Of a stretch of 64,000 nucleotides of DNA, positions 19,669 through 32,135 are shown one piece after another. This stretch comes from an uncultured Alphaproteobacteria bacterium (lineage in GTDB: Bacteria; Pseudomonadota; Alphaproteobacteria; Rhizobiales; Aestuariivirgaceae). The stretch lies in contig CAVWWQ010000010.1 in assembly GCA_963758815.1 (NCBI GenBank), positions 5,488-69,487 on the forward strand, written 5' to 3'. The notes beneath the pieces were generated by a model. That model had not been told where the DNA came from, ran no database searches, and worked only from the letters and a program-made list of their open reading frames with translations. Position numbers and translations under genes: made by a program. Every line of letters begins with the position of its first letter. The stretch's first letter is position 1.

Positions 19669-20096
19669 AGGCTCCATGCTCGGGCGAAAACTTCTCATGC
19701 ACGGATGTAACGCTGGCGCCCTGCCCTTCGAGCATTCTGGCGATGACATGATCAGGGCGGATCAGGATGCGGGTGCGTTCGATCTGCGCTTCGAGATGGC
19801 GGTTGCCGATGTGCCAGGCCAGGCGCGCCAGATGGGTTTCATCCTGCCCCCGCACTTCCAACAGATGTTCGGGCAGGGCCGTTATCTGCAACAGGCGGCC
19901 ATCCTCAAGAACGAGGCAGTCACCATCTTCGAGCTTGGCGGGCTTTTCGAGATCGACCAGCACTTCGGTTCCGTCTTTCAAGGTCAGCAATTTACGCCGG
20001 AGATGACGTTCCTGCGCCTCCAAATCAATACGCGCAAACGGCTTTTCCATGACAAAGCCGGCGCGGGCGAAAGTGCGTGGCGCGAAGAGTGGACAT
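19652..20096 (-). CDS. ureE: Urease nickel chaperone UreE; frame break near 20060
   Basis: [27 protein letters not shown]; N-terminal MSTLRAT is in another frame. Confidence 0.9.
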
Positions 20097-20110
20097 CACA
20101 CTTCCCGTTT

Positions 20111-20181
20111 CGTCATGCCCGCGCAGGCGGGCATCTGTGTTTGAGGACTTAAACAGAGATTCCCGCTTTCGCGGGAATGAC
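20111..20181. repeat. REP-like palindromic doublet (CGTC/GTCA-tagged)
   Basis: CGTCATGCCCGCGCAGGCGGGCATC and inverted GATTCCCGCTTTCGCGGGAATGAC between ureC and ureE. Confidence 0.85.
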
Positions 20182-20214
20182 AAGGCGATTGGATTTTGCA
20201 CGCGACCCAATCCA

Positions 20215-21920
20215 TCAGAACAGGAAATACCTTTGCGCCAGCGGCAGCGAGGTGGCCGGCTCGCAGGTCAGCAGCTCGCCATCGGCGCGCACTTCATAGG
20301 TTTCGGGATTGACCTCGATCTTCGGCGTCAGGTTGTTCAGCACCATGTCCTTCTTGCCGATGCCGCCGCGGGTGTTTTTCACCGCGACCATTTTCTTCGC
20401 CGTGCCCAGCTTCTGTTGCAGGCCGCCAGCGAGAGCGGCTTGAGACACGAATGTGACGGACGAGTTGGTGCGCAGCTTGCCGAAGCTGGCGAACATCGGC
20501 CGGTAATGCACCGGCTGCGGCGTGGGGATCGAGGCGTTGGGATCGCCCATCGGCGCCGCCGCAATCGAGCCGCCGAGCAGAACCATTTCCGGCTTCACGC
20601 CGAAGAAGGCCGGGTTCCACACCACCAAGTCAGCCCGCTTGCCGACTTCGATGGAGCCCACTTCATGCGAAAGACCGTGTGCTATGGCCGGATTGATGGT
20701 GTATTTCGCCACATAGCGGCGGGCGCGGAGATTGTCGTTGCCCTTGTCTTCGGCGAGTGCGCCGCGCTGGTCGCGCATCTTATGCGCGGTCTGCCACACA
20801 CGCATAATGACTTCACCGACGCGGCCCATGGCCTGGCTGTCGGATGAGAACATCGAGAAGACGCCCATGTCATGCAGGATGTCTTCGGCGGCAATGGTCT
20901 CCTTGCGGATGCGGCTTTCGGCGAAGGCGATGTCTTCAGCGATGCGCGGGCTGAGATGGTGACAGACCATCAGCATGTCCAGATGCTCGGCCACGGTGTT
21001 GATGGTGTAGGGACGCGTTGGGTTGGTGGAGGACGGCAGCACATTGGGCAGCGACGCCACCTTGATGATGTCCGGCGCGTGGCCACCGCCCGCACCTTCG
21101 GTGTGGAAGGTGTGGATGGTGCGGCCCTTGAAGGCGGCGACCGTGGCTTCGACGAAGCCCGAATTCATTCAGCGTGTCGGTGTGGATCGCCACCTGCACG
21201 TCATGCGCATCGGCGACCGCCAGGCAATTGTCGATGGCGGCGGGCGTGGTGCCCCAGTCTTCATGCAGCTTGAGGCCGCACGCGCCAGCGAGCACCATTT
21301 CTTCCAAAGGTGCGGGCAGCGAAGCATTGCCCTTGCCCATAAGGCCGAAATTCATCGGGAAGGCATCGGCGGCTTCGATCATGCGTTCGATATGCCAGGC
21401 GCCGGTGCAGGTGGTGGCCAGCGTGCCGTGTGCGGGGCCGGTGCCGCCGCCCAGCATGGTGGTCACGCCGGAATAGAGCGCTTCCTCGATCTGCTGCGGG
21501 GCGATGAAATGGATATGGCTGTCAATGCCGCCCGGCGGTGATGATCTTGCCTTCGCCGGCGATGATTTCGGTCGAGGGGCCAATGATGATGGTGACGGCA
21601 TTCTGCGTATCGGGATTGCCGGCCTTGCCGATGGCGGCAATGCGGCCTTCCTTCAGGCCAATGTCAGCCTTGTAGATGCCGGTGTGATCGAGGATCAATG
21701 CATTGGTGATGACGGTGTCCATGGCGCCTTGGGCGCGCGTGGCCTGCGATTGACCCATGCCATCGCGGATCACCTTGCCGCCGCCGAATTTCACTTCCTC
21801 GCCGTAAAGGGTCATATCCTTTTCGACCTCGATGATGAGATCGGTATCGGCGAGGCGCACCTTGTCGCCCACCGTGGGGCCATACATCTGCGCATAGGTT
21901 TGACGAGAGATGCGCGCCAT
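20215..21920 (-). CDS. ureC: Urease subunit alpha; frame breaks near 21530 and 21165
   Basis: [61 protein letters not shown] across three frames. Confidence 0.95.
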
Positions 21921-22225
21921 TACAGGGCCCCCATGATTTTCTGCTGGAAGCCGTAAACCTTGCGCGCGCCGCCCAGCGGCACGAGCGTCACTTCACGCTT
22001 CTGGCCCGGCTCGAAGCGCACGGCGGTTCCCGCCGCGATATTGAGGCGCATGCCACGGGCCTTCTCGCGGTCAAACTTCAGGCCTTCATTGGTTTCGTAG
22101 AAATGATAGTGGCTGCCGACCTGGATGGGGCGGTCGCCGCTATTTGCGACTTCGATGGTCACCGTCTTGGCGCCGACATTGAGTTCAATGTCGCCGGGTT
22201 TGGTGATGATTTCGCCTGGGATCAT
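21920..22225 (-). CDS. ureB: Urease subunit beta
   Basis: [27 protein letters not shown]. Confidence 0.97.
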   Translation of the reverse strand: MIPGEIITKPGDIELNVGAKTVTIEVANSGDRPIQVGSHYHFYETNEGLKFDREKARGMRLNIAAGTAVRFEPGQKREVTLVPLGGARKVYGFQQKIMGAL

Positions 22226-22234
22226 GTTCGCGCT

Positions 22235-22537
22235 CTATCGAATAGGGTGATGCACGGTGACGAGCTTGGTGCCGTCCGGGAAGGTGGCTTCGACCTGCAC
22301 GTCGTGGATCATGTCGGCGATGCCGTCCATGCAATCCTCGCGCTTCACCACGTAAGCGGCCTTCTCCATCAGATCGGCCACCGACTTTCCATCGCGCGCC
22401 CCTTCAACCACATATTCGGTGATCAGCGCGATCGCTTCCGGGTGGTTGAGCTTGACGCCACGTTCCTTGCGGCTGCGCGCCACAATGGCGGCCATCGCCA
22501 CCAGCAATTTATCTTTCTCGCGCGGCGTCAGCTGCAT
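22235..22537 (-). CDS. ureA: Urease subunit gamma
   Basis: [29 protein letters not shown]. Confidence 0.97.
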   Translation of the reverse strand: MQLTPREKDKLLVAMAAIVARSRKERGVKLNHPEAIALITEYVVEGARDGKSVADLMEKAAYVVKREDCMDGIADMIHDVQVEATFPDGTKLVTVHHPIR

Positions 22538-22546
22538 CAAATCCCC

Positions 22547-23339
22547 TCACAATGCCCAAACTGAAGGCACAGACATGCCGCCCGAGAGAGCAGCGATTGC
22601 CCGCACCAGGCTTTTCTTCAATGAGAAAGCCATCGTCTTCCAGAAGCCTAGCAACAAGCTTGCCATTCCAACAAGAAACGCCGCCATTGGGCCCAATCGC
22701 CTGCCTTACAAATTCGACGTGCCGGTCAGCGTGTGACGAAACCAATACCAGCGTGGCCATGGCACGGGCCGATGACAAAGACGCCTGCCCACGCGGCAGG
22801 GCTGGACCGAAGCGTAGCCGTTCGGCATGGCACAGCACACCGCCCCGAGAAATGTTCCAGCTGTCCTGCACAGCGCAGTTCGTGAGGACTTCACCCATGG
22901 CGGTGCGCCCGAGCACGAGGCTTTCAAGACAGAGGAGTTCGGCATCATCCGCCATTTCCGCGTTCAGCGTGCGGCTGAGGCTGGAGCCTTCAAAGAGAAT
23001 CGTCTCCTGGGGCAGCCAGCACAGACGCGCCTGCGGCCCAACCTTCAGTGAAACGTGCAGTTCGGCCGCTGGCCCGAGGCTGCGGTAGACACGCTCGGCG
23101 GCCTGGGTGGTGACGGTGAGGTTTGCCTCAGATACGCCAATGTCGATGACATGCCGGTCGCCACCGGCCAACCCGCCACTGGTGTTGATCAGGATGGCTT
23201 CGGTCGAGCCTTGCGGCAGGCGCAGCTTGGCGGCACCGGCCTCGCGGAAGTGCTCGACGCCGCGCGGGCCAAAGCCGAGTTTCACTTCGCCACGGCTGCG
23301 CTGGGCGTGGAAGCGGTCAAACTGCCGGGCAATATCCAT
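22547..23339 (-). CDS. ureD: Urease accessory protein UreD; frame break near 22615
   Basis: INTSGGLAGGD, TTQAAERVYRS, WLPQETILF. Confidence 0.9.
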
Positions 23340-23419
23340 TGCGCGGAACCGTAACGCGATGAACTCGACGCAAGCAAGCGTTACGACAGCGCAGGGACGA
23401 GCACATGGTTTGAAGGAAA

Positions 23420-23491
23420 TGGAGGCCCCGCCTGGACTCGAACCAAGATATGCGAGTTTGCACCCCGCCGCGTAACTTCCGCCACAGGGCC
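23420..23491 (-). tRNA. tRNA-Cys(GCA), atypical, 72 nt
   Basis: GGCCCTG TG GCG GAAGTTA CGC G GCGGG GTGCAAA CTCGC ATAT CTTGG TTCGAGT CCAGG CGGGGCC T CCA; all four stems pair, U73 and CCA encoded. Confidence 0.8.
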
Positions 23492-23585
23492 TCAGAGCCG
23501 AAACCATATCATGTTGCCGAGGCAGCAACCACATGGCATTGGTGGGACGGGTGGGAAACAGGCAACAGGGTTAAAACTTTCCGAC

Positions 23586-24470
23586 ATGGCTGGCGGCTCC
23601 AATCTGCGCGCGATCATCTACATGATGGTCAGCGGCGCGACTTTCGTGTTCAACGACAGCCTGATGAAGCTGACGATGCGCGATCTGCCGCCCTACCAGA
23701 CACTGGTGATGCGCGGCTGTTTCGGTCTGATCTTCGCGCTGATGCTGCTCAAATATAATGGCGAGTTCAGTTTCCGCCGCAGCATGATCTCGCGGCCGCT
23801 GATCTTGCGCGGGCTGTTCGAATGCTTCGCCATTCTCACCTACATCATCGCGCTGGCCTATGCGCCCATCGGCGATGTGACCGCGATCTTCCAGACGACA
23901 CCGCTGCTGGTGATCCTCGGGCTCATCCTCATCTACCGGGAAAAGACTTCTCTGCGGCGGTTGGCGCTCATTATCCTGGGCTTCATCGGTGCGCTTCTGG
24001 TGGCGCAGCCAGGCCAAGGCACGATTTCGCCGCTGGTGATGATCACCTTCGCCTCGGCGGGCTTTGCCGCCATCCGCGACCTGGCGGCGCGGCAGATTCC
24101 TTCCGCCGTGCCGGCGATGATTTCAACCACCGTGCTGATCATTATTGTGCTTTCCGGCGCAGCACTATGTGGATTGCTGTTCGAGCACTGGCTGATGCCT
24201 TCTCCCCGGAATATTGCCTTGGCCATCGGCTCGGGCCTGTTCGTGATGCTGGGCCATCATTTCACACTTCTGGCCTATCGCAGCGCTCCGGCGCAGGTCG
24301 TGGCGCCGTTCTATTATTCCTTCATGGTGTTTGCGGTAATCGCCGGGTTGGCGATCTTCGGTGACGTGCCCAACCTCCTCAGTCTCGCGGGGATGGCCGT
24401 CATCGTGGCCAGTGGCCTTGCCATTCTGACCTTGGAAAAGCGGCCACTTCCCGCTTCAACTCTCGAATAG
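23586..24470 (+). CDS. DMT/EamA family transporter
   Basis: About ten hydrophobic helices, two EamA repeats, VAPFYYS. Confidence 0.9.
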   Translation: MAGGSNLRAIIYMMVSGATFVFNDSLMKLTMRDLPPYQTLVMRGCFGLIFALMLLKYNGEFSFRRSMISRPLILRGLFECFAILTYIIALAYAPIGDVTAIFQTTPLLVILGLILIYREKTSLRRLALIILGFIGALLVAQPGQGTISPLVMITFASAGFAAIRDLAARQIPSAVPAMISTTVLIIIVLSGAALCGLLFEHWLMPSPRNIALAIGSGLFVMLGHHFTLLAYRSAPAQVVAPFYYSFMVFAVIAGLAIFGDVPNLLSLAGMAVIVASGLAILTLEKRPLPASTLE

Positions 24471-24570
24471 ATTTTTCGTAACGTCGGAATTGTCCTGCCT
24501 CTTGCCGGGGCAGGCCATGCCCTCTGCCTGAAACTGCGGCGTGATGCGTCAAATCTTTTGAGGAACTCCC

Positions 24571-27541
24571 ATGTCCGACGTGGCCCAGCTGCTTGCCCAG
24601 CGCCAATCCGCCCTTGAGCTCACCAGGAACGGCCCGCCGCAACGCACGGCCAACAACTTCTTCGGTGTGGGCCCGATCACCGATGCGGTGAAGGACGAGG
24701 TGGAAGGCCGCCAGCAGCGTTATGATTTCGAGCACTGGCTGGAAAAGACTTATCGCAAGCTCGATGACAAGGGCCGCGATCTTGGCCCCTTCACGGTTGC
24801 CGAAATGAGCCGCTCGATGCATCGCGGCTATCCCGCCGACAAGGTGATCCTCGACATGATGCGCGAGATCCACCGCTATTTCGGCTTCCCCAAGGAGAAC
24901 CGCATGGCGGTGGGCCTGGGCGGAGGGCATTCGGGCTTCACGGTGTGCGCGCTGCATCTGATCACCGCCTCGGACGACAAGCAGCAGATCTTCGTCGACA
25001 CGCCGGCGCCAGAATCGGATGCGGGCAAGGCCGGGGGCTTCTTCCGCCAGAGCTGGGGCGCGCAGGTCACCGAGATGATGCGCTATGGCAAGGGCGGCAA
25101 CGAGGCCCGCCTGCATTTCACCGGGGCGGAAGGCAGCATTCCTTCGGCTGATGAACTGAAAAAGCTGGGGATCAAACTGTTCTTCGGCGTGGGCCATGAG
25201 ACGACGGGGGCCACGACCTATAACGAGCAGGACATCAGGAACCTGCTGGCCTGGATCGATGCCGATCCGGCCCACAACCATGCCGTGCTGGATGCCACCT
25301 CGCTCCTCGGCTCCATGCCGTGGGCAACCGATCTCGTGGCGCAGGTGATGAAGAAGTGCTGCTTCTTCATGCCGTTCCAGAAGGCGATCGGCGGCATTTC
25401 CGGCTATTTCGTCACCAGCTTCACGCCCGCCGCCCTGGCGCTGATCGAGAAGAACCAGCAGAGTCCCAGCTTTGCCATTCCGCGCCAGTTGAAGCTGGCG
25501 GCCCCAGTTGACGCCAAGCTGCCGCTCTCCGGCAAACGTACTGTTGATATCGGCCCGTTCTATGACCCTGCGGCCGACAAGATGATCGGTGGCGTCATCA
25601 ACACCTATTCGATCCTAGCCTTTGCCGAGACGACCTTCGGCCTGCTGCGCATGGAAAAGCGCGTGGGCGATGTGGCCAACCTCAACAAGCGCTCGATCGC
25701 CAACCGCGACGCGATCAATGCCTGGATCGCCAAGAGCGATATTCTCGAGCTCGGCGTCACCGATGCCTCGCGCCGGGGTGCCGCGGTCACGCTGCTCAAG
25801 GTGAAGGACAAGGACATTACCGATGCGAGCGTGCATGCCCGCATCATCGCCAAGTCCAAAGGGCTTCTCGCCTATGATGGCATCAACCATGTCGATGGCT
25901 GCCACGAACGAGGGCCTCGATGTGGCGCGCTATGTCAACGCCTTCCCCGGCACGCCGGGCGACTACCGCGCCTGGATCGGCGGCATCCGCGATGTGACCG
26001 ACATCCCTGCACTGCTGGAGAATGTGCGCTACGCTTATCTGCGCGCCAAAATTGCCGTGCTGGAAGAGGAACTGCAGAAAGCCGGGCATAATCTCGGCCC
26101 CGTGGCCGCCTCGGGTTCAGGCGAAACACGCGTCGATGATCCAAAACGCGTCTACAAGGTGCTGGTCTGCGATCTCATTGGCCTGAAATTCGGCAAAGAC
26201 GGCAAGCCCGATCCGTCCGACATCAAGGCCTATGTCGAAAGCAAGGGCGGCTCATTCCATCTGGGTGACCAAGCGGAGCACCAAGCGCTGAAGCCGGGCA
26301 TCCATTTCTTCTACCTGCCCGATCTTTCCACCGAAGCGGAAATCCTGCCGCTCACTTCGAAGGGCCAGTATGACGCGGTGATCGCCGCGGCAACGTTCCT
26401 GCCGAAGGACAGCGTGTTCAAGCTCGGTGGGGTACGCATTGGTGCCGGCACCGGCAATATGGGATCCGCCTCGTGGGGCGGCGGCAATGGCGCGGGCGGC
26501 GAAGCGCCGCTGATGAACACGCCCAGCTTCAACAGCCGCGCCACGGCGCAGATGACGATGAAGGCGCTCCTCCATTTCATGCCCGACCTGCCGATGGGCA
26601 AGCTGCACAAGATGAGCGTGGCCGGCGAATTCGACACCGGCAAGCATTTGCGTGATTTCCCCACCGAGAAGCTGGAAGGCAAGACCATGGCCGTCATTGG
26701 CTATGGCAATATCGGCCGCGAGGTGGCGCATCACGCCTTGGCCTTTGGCATGAAGGTGAAGATCCATGCCCGCTCGAAGCACAGGATGTGGATCGAGTCG
26801 GAAGGCTTCACCTATGCGCCGACGGTGGAAGAAGCCGCTGCGGGTGCGGATGTGATCAGCATTCACACAGGCCTTGGCGCCAAGGATGCGCATACCGGCC
26901 GTTTCGAAAACGCCAGCCTGATCAATGATGCCATCCTCGACCAGCTTAATGATGGCGCGGTAGTGCTGAACTATGACCGCGGCGAATGCGTGGAAGCGGC
27001 GGCCCTCGACAAGGCCATGGCGACGGCCAAGGTGCGCGCGGCGGCGATCGATGCCGACATCTTCAAATCGGCCGATGGCAAACTGACGGGACCGCTGGCT
27101 CCGTTCCTGCCGCTCGCCGAGAAATATGGCGACCGCATTCTATTGTTGCCGCATGCCGCTGCCGATACCGATCACGGTTCGCGCGTGGCGGGTGCCAAGC
27201 AGGCCGTCGATCAGATTTTCGATGTGATCCGGTTCCGCAAGGTGGCCAATGTGAAGGGCGATATTCCGGACGGCTATCACAGCGCCGGGCCCCAGACCGT
27301 GGCCGGCGTGGGCAAGGTGACCAATGGCGTGCTGACCGGTGTCGTTGCCGACAAGACGACCGTCAGCGCGTTGCGCAAGGAAGCCGAGGAAATGGCGGCG
27401 CTGTGGGCGGCGCTCGATTCTTCGAGCCCGGCGCGCGCTGCCGAACAGATCAAGACACATGGTGCCGCGCTGACGGCGGCGATCAACCGCTATCAGGCGC
27501 TGACGCGGAAGCTCGGCCTGTGGGGGCCGTATGAAAGCTGA
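24571..27541 (+). CDS. Fused phosphoserine-aminotransferase-like (class V PLP) and D-2-hydroxyacid dehydrogenase (SerA-like) protein; one-base frame break near 25910
   Basis: NFFGVGP, HETTG, DATS, FQKAIGG, INTYS, YRAWIGG, then RIGAGTGN, MNTP, GYGNIG, NYDRG, LPHAAA. Confidence 0.72.
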
Positions 27542-27548
27542 TATTTTC

Positions 27549-27634
27549 TAGTCATCCCGACGGATGTCGGGACCCAGGCTTTCAAAAAGCGCGGAGGGTG
27601 TGAGCTAGGGCCCCGGCTTTCGCCGGGGTGACTA
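27549..27634. repeat. REP-like palindromic doublet (GTCA-tagged)
   Basis: TAGTCATCCCGACGGATGTCGGGACCC and inverted GGGCCCCGGCTTTCGCCGGGGTGACTA between convergent genes. Confidence 0.8.
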
Positions 27635-27642
27635 AGTTTGAA

Positions 27643-28600
27643 TCAAGAGCTTCCAATCACTATTCCGGTGAGGAAGACCAGGAAACCACCCACGGCAATC
27701 TGCAGGGCCGCCTTGAAGAACGGCGTGTCCATATATTTGTAGCGCACCCAGGAAATGGCGGCGAGCTCGACCAGCACCACCACCACCGCGAGCGTGAAGG
27801 CCGTGTGGAACTGTGGAATGAGGAAGGGCAGTGTGTGGCCAAGGCCACCCACCGCCGTCATCACGCCACAGGCAAGACCACGGATCAGAGGCTGGCCACG
27901 GCCGGTGAGCTTGCCGTCATCCGACAGGCCTTCAGCCAAACCCATCGAGATGCCGGCACCGACAGAAGCAGCGAGACCGACAAGAAAAGTGGCCCAGGTG
28001 TTGCCCGTCGCGAAAGCAGCCGCAAAGAGCGGCGCCAGGGTCGAGACCGAGCCATCCATCAACCCCACAAGGCCCGGCTGCACGACCTGCAGCAGGAACA
28101 GGCGCTTGGCGGCTTCACCTTCATCGACCTTTGCTTCGGCGGTGACGTGATTCAGTTGTAACTTATCGGCCAGCGAACTCATGGCCCTTCTCCGCTTCGG
28201 CCAGATCCTCAAGCAACGTCTTGATGGCCGGATCCTTGGCCCGGGCGGCTGCCTGCTTATAGAAGCGGTAGTTTTCGGCCTCGATCACCTCGGCGCGCTG
28301 GCGCATTGAGTTGATGCCGAATTTCAGGATCGAAATGATCGGCTTGTGGCGGACGAAGCCATGCACATCGGCGCGGCGAATGAGCGGAATGAAGTCGCCG
28401 AACTTGGCCCGGTAAGCCGTAGTGAGGCGGTCGCGGTGTTCGAATTCCTCGGCCGACATGTCGAAGAAAACCTTGGCGCTGGCCGGATAGGTTTTGACCA
28501 GCTCATTGCCGAACATGGCATAGGCACGCGCATCGTCTTCTTCCGAAGAGATGGCCAAAGCGAGGATTTCAAGTTCGGTGAGATCGGAGAAGGATTTCAT
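27643..28600 (-). CDS. mbfA: Iron exporter MbfA (ferritin/rubrerythrin-like plus VIT1/CCC1 domain); frame break near 28190
   Basis: [11 protein letters not shown] and ExxH motifs; [18 protein letters not shown]; upstream Irr box. Confidence 0.9.
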
Positions 28601-28610
28601 GGAAGCAGTA

Positions 28611-28627
28611 TTTAGAATAATTCTAAA
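28611..28627. promoter_or_regulatory. Iron control element (Irr box)
   Basis: TTTAGAA-TAA-TTCTAAA equals the ICE consensus TTTAGAA-N3-TTCTAAA; 10 bp upstream of mbfA. Confidence 0.88.
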
Positions 28628-28657
28628 TTATGTCCAGTGCCTTGCCCGTTGCAGGAA

Positions 28658-30461
<1,804 letters not shown>

Positions 30462-30526
30462 TTGCGGCGGTGTTTGGCAGTGCAGCGCAGCAAGGTCAAG
30501 GCGGACGTCCGCGCGCTAATTCCGCG

Positions 30527-32133
30527 CTAGCGCAGGCTCTTGAGATGTTTCAGCAGGCCGATGGTCGAGCTGTCGAGGCCCGGCACATCCTTGCCTTCGA
30601 CCGCGGGCTGCAGGCCGGTGGCCAGCTCCTTGCCCAGCTCCACACCCCACTGGTCGAAGGAATTGATGCCCCAGATGGTGCCTTCGACGAAGACGCGGTG
30701 CTCATAAAGCGCGATGAGACGGCCGAGCGTGTAGGGATCAAGCTTCCGGTAGGCCAACGTCAGCGACGGGCGGTTGCCGGTAAAGACCTTGTGCGGGGCC
30801 AAGCGCCGCCGCTTCCTTCTTCGACTTGCCAGCGGCGATGAGTTGCGCCTCAGCCTCCTTCAGCGTGCGGCCTTTCATCAAGGCCTGGCTCTGCGCCAGC
30901 ACATTGGAAATGAGCAGCGTGTGATGAACGGGAATGCCGATTTCATGCGCTTCGGCGGCAATCAGGAATTCCACCGGAATGACGCTGGTGCCCTGGTGGA
31001 TGAGCTGGAAGAAGGCATGCTGGCCATTGGTGCCGGGTTCGCCCCAGACCACCGGTCCTGAATCATAACGCACCGGCTTGCCGTCCTTGCCGACACGCTT
31101 GCCATTCGATTCCATGTCGAGCTGCTGCAGATAGGCGGGAAAGCGCGACAGGCGCTGGTCATAGGGAATGATGGCGCGCGTGGCATAGCCCGACACATTG
31201 CGGTGCCAGATGCCAAGCAGGCCCATGATCAGCGGCAGGTTCTCCTGCAGCGGCGCCTTCGAAAAATGCACATCCATGGCATGACCGCCGCGCAGGAAAT
31301 CCATGAAATTGCGCGGGCCAACGGCAATCATCACTGGCAAGCCAATGGCGGACCAGATGGAATAGCGGCCGCCGACCCAGTCCCAGAAGCCGAAGGTGCG
31401 CTTTTCGGAAATGCCGAAAGCCTTCACCTTGTCGAGTGCGGTCGACACCGCGACGAAGTGATCGCCCACCGCTGCTTCACCCAGCTTTTCCACCAGCCAG
31501 GCGCGCGCGGTTCTGGCATTGGTCATGGTCTCGATGGTGGTGAAGGTTTTCGAGGCGATGATGAAGAGCGTGGTTTCCGCCTTCAGCTCTTTCAGCGTGT
31601 CGGCGATATGCGCGCCATCGACATTGGAGACATAATGCGCGCGCGGGCCATCATGATAGGGCGACAGCGCCAGCGTGGCCATGGCAGGCCCAAGATCGGA
31701 GCCGCCGATGCCGATGTTGACGACATCGGTGATGTTGCTGCTGCGGATTTCGTCGGCAAAGCGCGCCATGGCCTCGAGCACGTCATGGACGTCATGCACG
31801 ACGTTGTGGCCATCGAGAAGCACCATTTCGGATTTCGGACGGCGCAGAGCGGTGTGCAGCACGGCGCGGTGTTCGGTGGTGTTGATGATGTCGCCGCGCA
31901 TCATGGCATCGCGCGCCTGCTTCCACCCGGCGGCGCGGGCCAGCGAAAACAGCAGCTGCATGGTCTTGGCCGAAACCAGGCATTTGGAATAGTCGAGCAG
32001 CAGGTCATCGGCCTTGGCCGAGAAATTGGCAAAGCGCTTGGGGTCCTTGTCGAAGACCTTGCGCATGTCCAGCTTCTGCGACTTGGCGTGGGCCTTGAGT
32101 TTCTGCAGTGCTGCCGCCGCTGCTGGATGTCAT
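30527..32133 (-). CDS. pgi: Glucose-6-phosphate isomerase; frame breaks near 32124 and 30800
   Basis: [42 protein letters not shown]. Confidence 0.95.
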
Positions 32134-32135
32134 GA

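Noticed and set aside
1-23491. Genomic island integrated at tRNA-Cys
   Set aside because: No integrase and no duplicated tRNA 3' end found in the window; the urease genes look native in composition.
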